DNA from: Ramazzottius varieornatus
Taxonomy: Eukaryota; Animalia; Tardigrada
Direction of reading: 5' to 3'
Assembly (NCBI GenBank): GCA_001949185.1
Contig: BDGG01000002.1
Span: 2,849,826-2,913,825 of the forward strand
DNA: 64,000 bases
Shown here piece by piece: positions 37,950 through 52,063 of the stretch. Every line of letters starts with the position of its first letter. Position 1 is the first letter of the stretch. The notes under the pieces are model-generated. The model was not told the DNA's origin. It was given only the letters and a program-made list of their open reading frames with translations, and made no database searches. Position numbers and translations under genes: made by a program.

Positions 37950-38330
37950 TGACATTTTGCGCTTTTTGGCAACTTGGATACCGGCACCTGGAAGGTGGGT
38001 ACTTTCCAGTTTTGTCGAGACCTACGGAGCTTTCGGTCCTGCGGCGGAGAGTCTGCTTGGAGAAGTCGGGAAGAGAGTTGCAAACTACATAGGAGACAGA
38101 TGATCGTCGGAAATTCCGCCTCGGAATTTCTCAGACAAAGTTGTAGTGTAGACATACAGAGAGGCAATGCTTCCTGTCTTTGGGGAACGTTTCCATTGTC
38201 ACATGGTTTCGAAGAAATCTTTTATATTTTTGTTTCTTGTACTAGGAACTCTAGCTTGTGCTAAGCTTCGTTTTGTTTGTTTACATCTTTAAAATTTGAA
38301 AACGAAAATCAATAAACTACAACAGTAAAC
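37950..38330 (+). mobile_element. 3' remnant of a non-LTR retrotransposon (CRE-like restriction-like-endonuclease C-terminus)
   Basis: Reads SEFLRQSCSVDIQRGNASCLWGTFP..FEEIFYI, preceded in another frame by SLLGEVGKRVA. An A-rich tail with AATAAA follows. Confidence 0.6.
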
Positions 38331-39512
38331 GAAATACATATGTAATTGCCGGCAAGGCGTCGTTTGTTGACACCTCCCACTAAACCGCCAACGGATTTGG
38401 AGACAGACAGAACGCCAGATCCAGACCCCGATCAAACTTGGTCATCGTTGATCTTTTGTAGAACCCGATAGCTTTGCTCTACTGTAGAATGTATTTTGAT
38501 ATCTCATGCGCCACACAGAATCCTCTGCTGGTGCATCGACGATATCTGAGCAATTTTAAAGCTAGTTGAGTCATACTATCGACCATTGTGATCTGAAAAC
38601 AAATAACTTGGACTTTGGCGATCATCGTTTATAATTAGCCGATGTTTTAAAACGTGCGCTGAGGTAAATTTGACCGGAATTTTCAGCTATTAAGATACGG
38701 TGCCCGACAAAACAGACCTTTAAGAATGGGCATCAGGGGAAACCAGATGAATTCAGCCAATCAAACCTGTTGATCAAGTTTTGATCAACGTCAAACATAA
38801 CTCGCCACCCGTATATGAGGTCCCACCCCTTTTCGAAAGTCTGTTTTGTCGGACGCTATATCGCGTCAGTCAAATGACAAGCGACTTCTCCAAGCTTTCT
38901 TTTTTCAGGTTGAGCAGGTCGAAGGCCCTTATGCAGCTATGAATTATAAGGTTCTTCTATGCATCTCGATCGACAAGGGAAATGGATGCAATACGCCGGT
39001 ATTGTTTACTGGAGAACGTACCTGTCAAAGGGAGTATTTTTTTGCCAGCTAGATAGTATTCGTCCGGGATCGCATGTCACGCAGGCTGCCTCCGGCTGGC
39101 ATCCACAATTCATGCCTTCATAGCATCGCTTCTGACTCGTTAGGGAATCAGTCCACGTCGCGTATTCGTATCCGTCAACCATTCGAAGTCGTCGACCAAA
39201 CGCCGTATATGTGGTTCGTAACTCACGTTTCCACGATAAACAGAGCACGGAGTCCTGGTTCAAAGCCGCGTGATTAGTGGATTTTCCCGCGAATGTTTAG
39301 CCTGTGATTGACTTCATAGTTCATAATTGCTCTTCCCAGCGTCATTTCGCACTACCTGTTAACCATGACCTGCAGGCTGAGAAAGCTCAAATATGTATAG
39401 CTAGGTTGTTATCTTTTAAGGAGCGGCAGGAAATTAATCCTCCCTATGCATGAGTGAACTGTCAGTTTTCTAACGGACCATATCTTCAATTCTATTTTCA
39501 CTTGTCGCAAAA

Positions 39513-40666
39513 ATGAACTCGTCCACCACTAATGCTTCGTTCTCCAATGTCACCACGTGGCAGCTCAGTCAGCAGAACCTGGAGCTATACATTTGGGCAG
39601 GTATCACTCTCCCTATTATCTACCTCGCCGCTTCCGGAAACCTTCTAACTTTATTGGTCATCGTTCGTTCCCGATGGTGGAAAAGCGGTATCCAGGTTCT
39701 GATCCTTAGCATGACCATTGCTGACCTCTCAGCTACTCTAATCATTGCACCCGAACAAACGATCAACATGCTCTTCGAAAAATCGTACCCGTGGAGTTAC
39801 CAACCCTTCTGTCGAGCGATAGGGTACCTCCAAATGGGCGTCAGCTTCCTGGTTCCCTTACACTGTTGCATGATAGCAGTCAACCGTCTGGTTAGCATCG
39901 TTCTCCCGCGTTCATTCCGTAAGTTAACCCAGCGCCCAGCCGGTATTTTCATGTCTTGCTTCTGCTGGTTTGTCCCATTTTTCCTGCTCATTTTCCCGTT
40001 AGCAGAGATCGATGGGAAATTTGGTAATATGCCCTTGTTCGGTTACTGTACGTGGGATGGGCGAGGTGGCACTCGAGCCATGTCCTATGCTATTTCCGTC
40101 TCGGTCATGTATTTACCCACTGCCGTCATATTCGTATGCTACATTACCATATTTATCCACCTCAAAAAGATGGAGAAAACGGTAACGGAGATGGCGAGCC
40201 AGCGCAGAGCGGCTCGAATTCAGCGCCGTGTTGAAGTGGCCAAAATGATGCTAGTTACCTTTCTTGTGTTCCTCGTCTGTTACATCCCACTAACATCCTT
40301 CTTCTATCTGGCGGGGAACCTCGGCAAACGCCCGAATCCAACAATCTTTCTATGGTTGACACTTATCTACTGGCTTGGGGCATGCTGTAATCCGGTACGC
40401 AGACTTGTTAGGGAACTATTGACCATAAAATTGAACCACAAATCTGAGAAATGAATTACTTCCAGGTTGTTTATTCAGCAATGAACAGGGAGTTCCGAGA
40501 GGCGTACCAGGAAGTACTTCGCCGAGGTCGCTGTGGCTGGAAACCAAAGGTGGGACCGTCAGTGCGCCCATCGGGGAGAACTGGAGAAGCTAACATCGAA
40601 GCAAATACAACCAAGCGTCGTTCGTTGAGGCCTTCCACCAGAACATCCGTAGAGTCGAACGTTTGA
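39513..40666 (+). CDS. Orphan class A GPCR (Tre1/moody/melatonin-receptor-like), 2 exons
   Basis: N-terminal N-glycosylation sites, GNLLTL, SMTIADL, IAVNRLV, CYIP and CCNP|VVYSAMNREFREAY. The intron spans 40395-40465. Confidence 0.85.
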
Positions 40667-41789
40667 GCAAAATGCCTTGATGAATTAGATCATCAGCAAA
40701 TGTACTAAACCACATCTGTTTCCCCAGTGGCGCACACTTACAGTCAACAGCAGTAGTAACTTGCGCCACTTGAGGCAATGATCCGTCTCAATTCATTTGC
40801 CCACGCTCAGTTCTCGTTTCGGAATCATCATTATTTCATATAACCTTGGGCTGGATAGTGTACCACGAGAGGCGTAATGCATGCGTCATCCGTCAAGGTT
40901 AAAAATAAAAACAAAATTTCGAATTCGCGTTAGCTAGTTTCCCTAACTAGCGGCAGCGCAGAAAACCAAGAGAACTGGCTCAAAAATCCTAGGGTCAACT
41001 GCAAGTCTGGCAGTTTACACGTCAGAAGATAGTTTGAAATAGTAACGGTAAATATTTGCGGAATCAAGATCAAGAAAACGACTCAGTTGGCCGCTCGAAC
41101 TACCTGCCGGGAAACTGTGGACTGCCGTACTGCGGCCTGGCAGGACCACCAGCGCTGTTTTCCGAACCAGTGAATCGGTGTGAACTTAAACTTCCACCTT
41201 CACTTCTTCGACCACCACCATGCCCTACAAACAAAACAACACATCCCACTATTCACTGAGCAGAGAGCGCAAGTTTACACTCACTAACCTCGAAAGCCGC
41301 CCCCACCACTACCAGCTTTTTCCACCAGTTTGTGCAGTTCCGGGTTGACGAGCTGGTTCGACTCTTTCAGGACATTGATCAGGTCTTGGGCTTTGTGCGC
41401 GTTCTTTTCAGTCATGAATGTGTAAGCTTTGCCGGACTTGTCACCACGAGCTGTGCGACCGATGCGATGCACGTAGTCCTCGGAATGGCCTGGGTAGTCG
41501 TAGTTCACCACCACCGCGATATCACTCACATCTAAAAAATATTTCACCCTTCATCGGAGTAACGTCACAGTCTTATGAAATAGAGCTCGAACTTACCCAG
41601 TCCACGGGCGGCATCGTCCGTTGCGATCACGATCGGACTGCGTCCAGCTTTGAACTATAATTCGAACCAGCAACAACGTTAGAAAATAAGCCGAATCTTC
41701 TTCCGGAGCCCCCCCCCCCAAAGCGAAAAAGGAATTCGGTAGCTACAGAGTATCAATTAATATTTCAGTACTTTAAAAATACTTAAATA

Positions 41790-41934
41790 CTGTAAAAATT
41801 CGCTGCGTCCGCGCAGTACGTACACGTACATGATGATGCACCCCCGTAGGGAGTGGCACAAGCAGTAAAGCCGGACCGGAGCTGTACTTCACGTCTACGA
41901 TGAAGTGTTGCGCGGACGCAGCGAATTTTTACAG
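41790..41934. mobile_element. 145-bp TA-flanked MITE in a helicase intron
   Basis: TA|CTGTAAAAATTCGCTGCGTCCGCGCA ... TGCGCGGACGCAGCGAATTTTTACAG|TA. It has similar ends and size to 21921-22063 and shares the internal GGACCGG. Confidence 0.8.
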
Positions 41935-42193
41935 TATTTAATTACAGTTGAGGACCCATTCGCGCTCCTCCTGTCTTTTGTCTCCATGTATGACCAAGCA
42001 CAGAAACTTTTTCTGTCGGAGATTTCGAGTGATGTCGTCGGCTTTGCGTTTCGTCTCAGTGAAAATTATGGTCTGCAGTCAAGAAAACCCTCAAAAGTTA
42101 GTATACCAAGTATTACAGGAAAAAGGTTCGGAAACTGAACTGGTACAAAAATACCTTGTTTTCTTTCTGGCGTCCGACGTCGCGAAGAAGCTA

Positions 42194-42373
<180 letters not shown>

Positions 42374-42486
42374 CTAAAAACAACAAGGAACACATGGTCA
42401 GACAAATTTCCACAGTATTCGGTAACCTTCACGATAGCCATCAACATAATTATCACGACTGTTTCACACGTTTAGCCCTGCTTCTA

Positions 42487-43004
<518 letters not shown>

Positions 43005-43029
43005 GAAAACATGACTTGGTCAACGATTC

Positions 43030-43069
43030 GAACGGAACGATTTGAACGGAACGATTTGAACGGAACGAA
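43030..43069. repeat. Short tandem repeat (GAACGGAACGATTT) x ~3, intronic
   Basis: Directly visible in the sequence. Confidence 0.7.
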
Positions 43070-44106
43070 TGCAACGGTACTCAGACAAGAACATACCGCG
43101 GGACCATCCCCTTTGACAACAGGTGGTTGAGCTTTCAGATGGACCATGGCAGGTAACAGAAACTAGAAAGAAAGATATCATGAAATACTACAACATGAGA
43201 CTGACAGTTGCGACCGGAAGTTGGGAATCGGACTCACCGAGATGGTTTTGCCGGAGCCGGTCCGAGCGATGCCCACCATGTTACGGCCTTTCAACGCGAT
43301 GGGCCATTCGATGGACTGGATGGCGGTAAGAGCGGCGTACCCACTCTCCTGGATGGCACGGTAGACGATTTCTGGAAAGCCAGCTTCTGCGAAGGTAATG
43401 ACAGGCTTTGGGCAGTTTTCGCCTTTGATGGTGATCTGGTTCTTGGCGTAAAACTCGGCGACATCGGTCTACAGAACCGCAACCTTACGGATAGGTTCTG
43501 AGAGGCAAGATGTGGACGTTTACTTACGAGGGAACGACCAGCGACGGACGGTGCTTCGACATAAAAATCTTTCTGGAAGGGTATGAGAGTGTGAGCGTTC
43601 CAGTCGACTTGTTTCAGTCTGTTTCCGGCAAACCCACCACCACCGCCACTTCCGTTGAAACCGGTCCCTCCCCATCCGGTTGGATCAGCGACAATGCTAG
43701 CGTTTTCGGTAGCACCCCAGCCACTGCCAGCTGATGTGGTTTCTCCCCATCCACCTGCCGACCAGGCATCTCCGTTTGTGGTCATGGTCGTGGTCGTGGT
43801 CGTTGACGAAGCTTCGCCCCATCCGGCTGCCGAGGACGAGCTCACTTCTGTCGTCGATCCCCAGCTAGAAAAAATTCTTGTCATAAGCTTTCACTGCCAG
43901 GTCGGGTAAAAGATGGGGAAAAACTAAAGATCCATTCTAGAAGTACCTGTCGGCCATTTTCGAATTGTGCGCGAAAAGAGGTTTTTCCGGAAATTTCGGG
44001 GAAGCGTCTGTGATGAGAGTGAGAGTGACGAAGGTTCACAGAAATAAGGTCAGGCACGATGGTCAACCGGACTTGTGCGCACAGAAGAGAAATGGAGTCT
44101 GGGCAA

Positions 44107-44306
44107 AGTTCCTCAGAAGTCTGGGGTCACGGTGTAGAGGCATAGTCGAGGAAATTTAGGCAGGGGACAGGGCGGCCCAAGGGTAGGGGTCGGGGCTTGC
44201 CATGTGGAGGCCCAGAATTTTCAAGAAAAACCCGAAACCTTCCCTTGCCCTTCTCAAATTTTATCAGCTGTGCCTCTACGCTATGACCCCAGACTTTTGA
44301 GGAACC
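44107..44306. mobile_element. ~200-bp palindromic MITE-like element upstream of the helicase
   Basis: The arm GTTCCTCAGAAGTCTGGGGTCACGGTGTAGAGGCA pairs with TGCCTCTACGCTATGACCCCAGACTTTTGAGGAAC. Confidence 0.6.
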
Positions 44307-45504
44307 TTGTTCACAGCCCAAATTTAGCAGCGCACTACCAAAGTCCTCGGACGTTGACTCACCTTCCAGCTGAGTGATCCGCCGGACAGGTTCACGCAGC
44401 AATCTCTGACTTGGCTCGTGGAGTATTGAGTTGATGGTGTGAAGCTAAAAACGTTAGGTCCGAAGACCAAACTTGAAGAAGGAGGATGGACGAAAGCTCC
44501 CACAAGGTCGGATGAGAACTGAACAGAGTTCGGACCTCGGAGTTCTGAAAGAAAAGTTTTTTGAAGATTGCGATGTGCTATATGAAGCTTTCAGGCTTGA
44601 TTGTTTGAAAAAATCAACAACAAAGAAAGAGGGTGTGGTCGTGTCCCGAAGACGGCAGATCAGGCAGCGCCGAATATGAATTTGGCTGACATCTCGCACC
44701 TGCATGCATATTTCAGCCGTGATTGTCGTATAAATCTGTACGTAGGTAAGCAGTAATGATCTTGACGGTTAGCAAGCAGCTTGATTGACCGGAAGTTGAT
44801 TGGGCTGTCACGGAATCAGAAGAACTGAAGAAGCAAGAAAAATTCATCGATTCAAGAATGGGAACTTCGGAATTCCCGTAGTCCCGTTGGTCTTGTCTTA
44901 GTCATCTGTCTACAAAATAGCTCTAGGGAAAGGAACACATCGGTGAAGCCTGGGAAAAACTGCTCCTACAACGAGAGCTTGAAGCCTTGGATGTATTCTA
45001 CTCCTAGAGGTAACATCATGATTCATGGCCAAGCGTTTCCGCTGGATAAATTTTAAGTGGATGTTTAGTGTTTTGATTCTTGCACAGTTGGCACAGAATC
45101 AATGCACTGCATTCATATCGTCGTTGTTTTCTTTCGTCTTGCAGAAATGTGGCGAATAATACACCGCAGCGACTTGCTAGACGTAACTTCATCGGCAATT
45201 TGGGTGCCTGCGCAAAGTTGATGTCGATTGTCGAACGAGGCAGCATATTGCCGCAGGATGGAAACGGAAGGCGCTACACAAGCTTCTCATTTGTTCGCCG
45301 ACGAATGGTGACGAAGATCCCACTTGAGAGTATTCAAGCCAGCGCTGTGTTTATCTTTGATTTTTTATGGACGGTGGTCTCTATAGTTATGGACTTCTAC
45401 TTTGATTAACCCGCAGAGAAGTACGGCTTGTGGTGCGGAAATTTTGGTACTTATTACCTGCTGAACAAGGACATTTTCTCGTCAGTGCCGTCCGCTACAA
45501 GATA

Positions 45505-46241
45505 CAGCCCGTTCACGCCAACTTGCTACCACCTGCAATTTCGACGTATAAAAAATAGAGAAGGCTTCTATTCCTTTCTTGCCTATACACTATCATACAA
45601 CTTTTCAAGCAGCTTCTAGTGAGCTATGGTTGGATAACATAAGTTGAGAGATGGTTCCGAAAAACAGGTTAATACGACTTCCGGTGGGGAAGACTAATCA
45701 TCACGAACAAAACGTGCTCTGGAATTCCGGGCGTGAGTAAAAACCTCAATTCGATTTCAACAAGCGGACACATACTTAGGATGTTAAATAAAATTAGGGC
45801 AGACTGCAGGAAAGCCCTGGAAGCGTAGCAAATAAATTAAATCCGACGAATTCGACCGTTTTGCCGGTAAACCCCCTCCTCTATAAGAAACTCCAGCTCG
45901 TGACCTGAACGGCACATCGGTACTTTCGACCAATTTTCCTAAAGAACAGTCCGTGTTCTACTTACTGTGAACCAAAAAACAGCAGAACTTCAAACCGAAA
46001 TTGTAGAAAGTATTTTTGAAAACACCCCCAAAAATTTTGAAAGTTGGTGCATTTTTCGCGTTTCCCGACCGCTACTTTAATGTCGATTGTAACTTCTGGT
46101 AAACGGATTCCGGGTCAGTAGGTTTTCCTGAGGTAGCCAATAAGATGCCGGATCGAGGAAAACTGGTTATGAAGTTGCGCGATTATCGCGTGGAGGACGG
46201 CTTGAATAAATAGGTGGTAGCAAGTTGGCGTGAACGGGCTG
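45505..46241. mobile_element. 737-bp Tc1/mariner-type MITE with perfect 30-bp TIRs and a TA TSD
   Basis: TA|CAGCCCGTTCACGCCAACTTGCTACCACCT ... AGGTGGTAGCAAGTTGGCGTGAACGGGCTG|TA. Confidence 0.9.
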
Positions 46242-46435
46242 TAGTACGAACGTTATATCAATAGTTGGGAAAGTCAAGGCTGTGATTGAGGCGCTTATAA
46301 TTTCTGCAGTTTGATTTCTGTATCTGTGCAGGTTCATTACGACGGAAGGAATTCTGGAAAGCATGATATTCTGATTTCCGAGTAATTTTGCATCTTTCAA
46401 TTTCAGCTTTTAGAAAGAAGGGAATAGCTCGTAGA

Positions 46436-49232
46436 ATGACTTCTGCAAAGGTACACTGATTAGTTCTGTTGGGATATATAAGTGCTTGCTTCCGTTTAGG
46501 TTATGCGTTTCAGCATCTTTAGTGGCTTGTTTTACAGGGAGTATCAAAGCTGCTGGCGTTCACAATTTTCACCACTGTATTTGGCTCGTCGTTTCTGTTT
46601 GGATTTCATGCCGGAGCCATGAACGCACCCCAGACCGTAAGCTCAACTCTTCCTTCCAGGTTCATATGGTAGCGTTTGAATTTGTCGAAGGTACAGAGAG
46701 TCAAAATGCGGACAGATAATAGGTCTCTGGATGCGTGAAGTCAAATGCCGCCGAAGTAACCAAACTGTAGAGACGGAGCATGGTGTCAGCGAGGAGAAAT
46801 GGTGCAAGAAGCTGGACTTTACCGGCGAACTCAACATGTTCACCGACAACAGTGAACTGACCACGTTCTGGACCCTCACCGTGTCCTCCCTCGTCGCCAG
46901 CTCCTTCTTCGGAGCCATCTCCGCCAACATTTTTGCTGACCGAATTGGAAGGTGAACTCTTTGTGCAATCTCCTACCCTGCATACCGTTCTCCTCCTCGA
47001 ACTGTGTGTTTTGTGTTTCCAGACGAGGAGCCTTATGGGGGAATGGCGTTGTTGGCGTTATCGGGGCCGTGGTGATGGGATGCGCTTTCTTCGCAGACTC
47101 TATCGAAATGCTCGTTCTTGGACGTCTTATAGCGGGTTTTACCGTCGGTAAGCCCTTGGGAGATTCGGTTAGACGTCGGGAAGATGTGTGCCTTTTTCCC
47201 ATGGTAATTCTGCTCAGGTTTGTGCCCAGTACGACTTTGTTGGATAATTCGCAGAAAAAGGGCAGAATGATATACAGTATGTGACAAGGCCGTGCTCAGC
47301 CTGAACTTGCCCATCGTGTTTGTGGGGAAAAAAAAGTTAGAATGAACCTTTGGTGCTGAACATGTTTGCAAAATTGTGTCGAAGCACATCGTGGACATGG
47401 CTGGACTCTTGGGCTGATCTCGTGAAGGTTTTTGTAGGGATAAGTTCCAGTTTGCCTCCGGTGTATCTGAACGAGATAGCGCCCACGTCACTACGAGGCG
47501 CAGTGGGCGCTTTGCACGAACTATCACTGGTGACGGGCATTTTCGTGGCCCAGATTCTGGGTCTGCCGTACATTCTGGGTAACGCATGGGGCTGGCCCCT
47601 ACTCCTAGGAGCCAGTGGAATACCGGTCCTGTTCATGTTGGTCGCATTACCATTTTGTCCGGAATCCCCACGGTACTTGTTCGTTAAGAAACAAGACGAG
47701 CAGGCTACACGACGGGGTAAACCTTCTTGTTCGTGTTTTTGAGTTTTCACTGAGGTTTTGTTAGATTGCTGAATTTTTTGTGTAGCATTGAATAGACTAC
47801 GGGGAACATCCGACGTGGAAGCTGAGCTGGACGAAATCGGGCAAGAATACGCACTTACCTTGCGGGCTCCGAAGTTCTCGATCGGCGACCTGTTCAAAGA
47901 CCCGTTCCTCCGTAAAACAACCTTCATTGCCATCGGTGTCATGGTTTGCCAGCATTTCTCCGGAGTAATAGCAGTAAGCGGATGTGTATCTCCGGTTTTT
48001 CTTCTCGGTGTTTCGCATTGACGGTGTTCGGGAGCGCCATACGATATATCCGAGATCGTCATCTCAAGTGGCGCGCGTTTTCATCGTTATTGGCTGGAGG
48101 CGTGCGCAACTTGGGAAAGAGATCTTCGCCGTTTCGTTTGCTGTCCTTCCGTGCTTCTATTAACTTTATTGTATGGTAGGTGATGTTTTACTCGACGGCC
48201 ATCTTCAAATCCGCTGGACTCACACAAAGCAACCAAGCGATCTACGCCACGATAGCACTGGGTGGGATAAATGTGCTGGCCACTGTCGTCACGGTCTTCC
48301 TGATGGAGAAAGTCGGTCGGAAGGTCTTACTTCTGATCGGGTTTACGGGCATGGCCGTCCTCATGACCATTCTCACTATCTGCCTTTTTCAAACAGTAAG
48401 TCTCTGCATCGTCTCTCCGACTTGACGATCGTGAGTAAAGAAGGCTATCTCTTCAGAAAGTAACACACCCTTTGGTGGAAGATAATGCGCTAGCTATTGG
48501 CATCAATCCGTTCGCAATCGGAAGTACCCTTAGCCTCCTCGGCTACATCATTTTCTTCTCGATCGGGCCAGGTAAGGCTTGCTCCATTTCCTTGTCCATT
48601 TGGAGCTGAGCAAACCAAATGTACGAGATTTTTCGCTCGAGCGGCGCATTTTTGGTTGTTATTGTGTGGCAGGATGCGCTACTCAGCAGAAGAGTCTTGG
48701 GGCTTTGTCTGCCCAGCAGCATTTGCTGACTCAATAAGTCTGACTCAACATTTACTTGGTTCTTGTAGGTGCAATACCCTGGGTCCTAGTGACGGAGCTC
48801 TTCGCTACCGCACCACGAGCAGCGGCCAGCAGTGTCGCTGTGGGTGTGAACCGTCTTTCGGCTTTTTTGATCGCCCTGGCCTTTCCCTATATTCAGGTAC
48901 GTCTCGAGACTCAAAGAATGACGCAGAAAAAATCGGTACGGTGTGCGTTTTTCGTGAAGTAGTATCGGTGTTTTCCTCGTTTTTGGTAGGCGGCGATTGA
49001 GGAATATACCTTCGTGATATTCATTGCGACGTTGACGCTGGCTATGGTTTTCACGAACACTTGCATCATTGAAACGAAGGGCAAAACCGTGGAAGCCATC
49101 CAGTACGAGCTGCGACATGGTCCGCTGATGACAAGACATTCACGACGTAGTGCTATCAAACCCAGAGTTCGTGATGTAACTTACGACCAAGTTGAAATGG
49201 AAGAAAAAACTATAGTCAAGGAAATAACGTAG
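46436..49232 (+). CDS. SLC2/GLUT-family transporter, paralogue B (multi-exon)
   Basis: Reads MTSAK|GVSKLLAFTIFTTVFGSSFLFGFHAGAMNAPQT, with [53 protein letters not shown] and IETKGKT. Confidence 0.9.
48065..48113. repeat. Dispersed palindrome copy (GLUT paralogue B intron)
   Basis: CAAGTGGCGCGC, 25 nt, GTGCGCAACTTG, with an outer AGATC...GATCT. Confidence 0.75.
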
Positions 49233-49740
49233 GACAATGACGTTATACGTTGGGTTTGCCCCAAGTTCTTGTCAAACTGAAGTCCGCAAGTGTACAGTAT
49301 CTTGACTGTTCTTGGTTACAAAGTTTGAGTGTGGCGACCCGAGTTTCTTTTTCCTGCATGAAGGAAGTGGGCACCGCATTTCTTCACTTGAGTATCGACT
49401 CTACTCAGCACTGCCTCCTTGACAGCCTGCGCCCTGTGGCTGACTGAATTATATGAGTATTTTAGCCGGAGGACACAGCGTGGTCTTGCATGCACTTGCT
49501 TGTTCCGCGCTGGTTACTGCGAGCGATTATGACACCCAACGCCACCCAAGCCGGTAATAACAAACTTGAAGCTTTTTTCTCCAAGTTGCGGTTTGTGCGC
49601 CGTGATCGTTATCGAATCAATCGCTCCCTTGAATTTTTACGTCTACTCTTACATGCCAATGTTGTGCCAAATGTGCAGAGAAGACCACTTTGTTGGACTT
49701 GTCGAGGGACGTATCGGCTAATACTTTTGGAGCCAGCAAA

Positions 49741-52063
49741 ATGCCAGCGAAAAACGTACGTGATCAGTGTGCTGCTTGCCATCGATATTTTTTGTCGGAC
49801 GGGGACGTTTTGTGGTTGCAGACTGTGACAAGATGGCTGGGACTTTCAATCTTCACCACGGCCTTGGGGTCATCGTTCCTCTTCGGATACCACGTTGGAG
49901 TACTTAATGCACCGCAAACGGTTAGTCTAACTTGTTCATCGTGTCAATCATTGTCTTGAATAAACCATCACAATGTGCCGAAGAGTCTGATCTGGACTTG
50001 GCGGACAGGTAATGGGACTATGGGTACGGGAAGTCAAATGCCGACGAAGCGTACAGGACATCGCCCCGGCAGATGGCGCATACCACGACCACTGGTGCAA
50101 ACAGCTGAACTTTACAGAAGAACTGACGATGTTCACGGACAATGCCGAGCTGAATACGCTTTGGTCCTTGGCTGTTGCCGCGCTCATCTTCGCCTCCTTC
50201 TTCGGAGCGATTTCTGCCAGTACATTTGCCAACAAAATCGGACGGTGAAGTATTTCTTTGGTGTCTTTCTCGACCTAACATACAGATGGCTTATATAAGT
50301 AATATGGCCAAATATTCAGGAGAGGAACTCTATGGTGGAACAGCGTGCTCGGTGTTGTAGCCGCTGCCGTCCTTGCATGCTCTTACCTCGCGGACTCTTT
50401 CGAAATGCTGATCCTGGGACGTTTGGTAGCCGGCTTTGCTTCGGGTTAGCACAGGACGTGCCGGGACGTTCATCTGAATGTCTGGACGAGTAATGTGTTC
50501 TGTACCTGTAGGGATAAATACGGCCTTACCTCCGGTGTACTTGAACGAAATATCGCCGAGGACCCTACGTGGAGCCATTGGGGCGATTCACCCGTTCGCT
50601 GCTGCCATAGGTCTCTTGGTCTCTCGAATACTGGGTTTGCCGTACATCCTGGGTAACGAATGGGGCTGGCCGATCTTACTAGCCGTCAGTGTCATACCCA
50701 TGATGTACCAGCTGGTTGCGTTCCCCTTTTGCCCTGAATCACCGAGATATCTCTTCGTCGAAAAGAGCGACGAAAGCGCTACACGACACGGTAAGTTTCA
50801 CTAATGTTTCCGACAACTCTCTGGTTATACCAGCACCCTCTTTGTCGTAGCGCTGCAGAAGTTGAGAAATACGTCAAACGTCGATGCTGAGCTGGCTGAC
50901 TTCCAGCGAGACCACGAGCTGTCTAAGGGAGCGCCAAGAGTCACCATCGGGGAGCTCTTCAAAGACCCGTTCCTTCGCAAGACAACCTTTATAGCCATTG
51001 GAGTGATGGTCAGCCAACATCTTACCGGGGTTATCGCGGTTAGCATTACCGATGATTTCTTGTTCCAACATTTTACAGTTGCATGCTTCTAGTTTGTGTG
51101 TCTGTTTACTCCAGGTGATGTACTATTCGACCGCCATCTTCAAATCCGCCGGCTTGGTTCATGGCAACCAGGCCATTTACGGCACTATTGGCCTGGGTGT
51201 TGTTAACGTCGTAATGACGCTAGCCGCTGTTTTCTTGGTGGAAAAGACGGGCCGAAAACGTTTGCTCCTAATCGGCCTAGGAGGTTCGATCGTCTTCATG
51301 AGCTTGCTGGTTGTATGCACCACGCAATCGGTAAGTAGTAAATATGCCTTGAACATCCAAAGTCTCCAAAGGTTGGACGATGGAACAACAAAAATAAAAG
51401 CACTCGTGTTTTTAGAAAGCGACGCAGTTATCACATGATTCGCAGTTTTTGGGGACCATCAACCCATATGCCGTCGGTAGTACCATCAGCCTCGTCATCT
51501 ACAGTATTTTTGTCTCCATAGGACCAGGTAAATGAATAAATTAAGGTTCGATACATTGACAAGAAAAGCGCAAGCATCCCAGTCCGGTCCGGTTCTTGTT
51601 TAGGTAATCTGCTGTTTCGTTTCAGCCGCAATTCCGAATCTCCTGGTATCTGAGCTCTTTGCTACAGCCCCGCGAGCCGCCGGCAGTAGCGTGGCGGTGG
51701 GAGTTAACCGAATTACTGGCTTTGCAATTACATTAGCATTTCCCTACATCAAGGTAAGCCAGCCAGATGTGGTACTCGAGCTCGACAATGGAAAGCAACA
51801 CCGCGTGAATGGTGCCGCAATTCGCTTCTTTACAGGCTTCCATTGAAGAGTACACGTTTGTGGTGTTTGTCGTCACACTGGCAGTGACTATAGTTTTCAC
51901 CAAGATTTGCGTCATTGAAACAAAGGGCAAAACGACAGAGGAAATCCAGTACGAGCTACGACATGGCCAAGTGATGAGCAAGGCTTCGCGACACAGCACC
52001 GACGTCAAACCCGGAACTCGTGATGTGGCATATTACAAAGTCCAAACGGAAGAAAAGCTGTAG
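49741..52063 (+). CDS. SLC2/GLUT-family transporter, paralogue C (multi-exon)
   Basis: Reads MPAKN|TVTRWLGLSIFTTALGSSFLFGYHVGVLNAPQT, with [46 protein letters not shown] and IETKGKT. Confidence 0.88.

Noticed and set aside
39006-39263. Cys-rich minus-strand ORF (CYEGMNCGCQPEAACVTC)
   Set aside because: I could not build a convincing start, signal peptide or splice chain. It may be a decayed fragment.
44454-45409. Short ORFs between the helicase and the 737-bp MITE
   Set aside because: No recognisable motifs or consistent exon chain.
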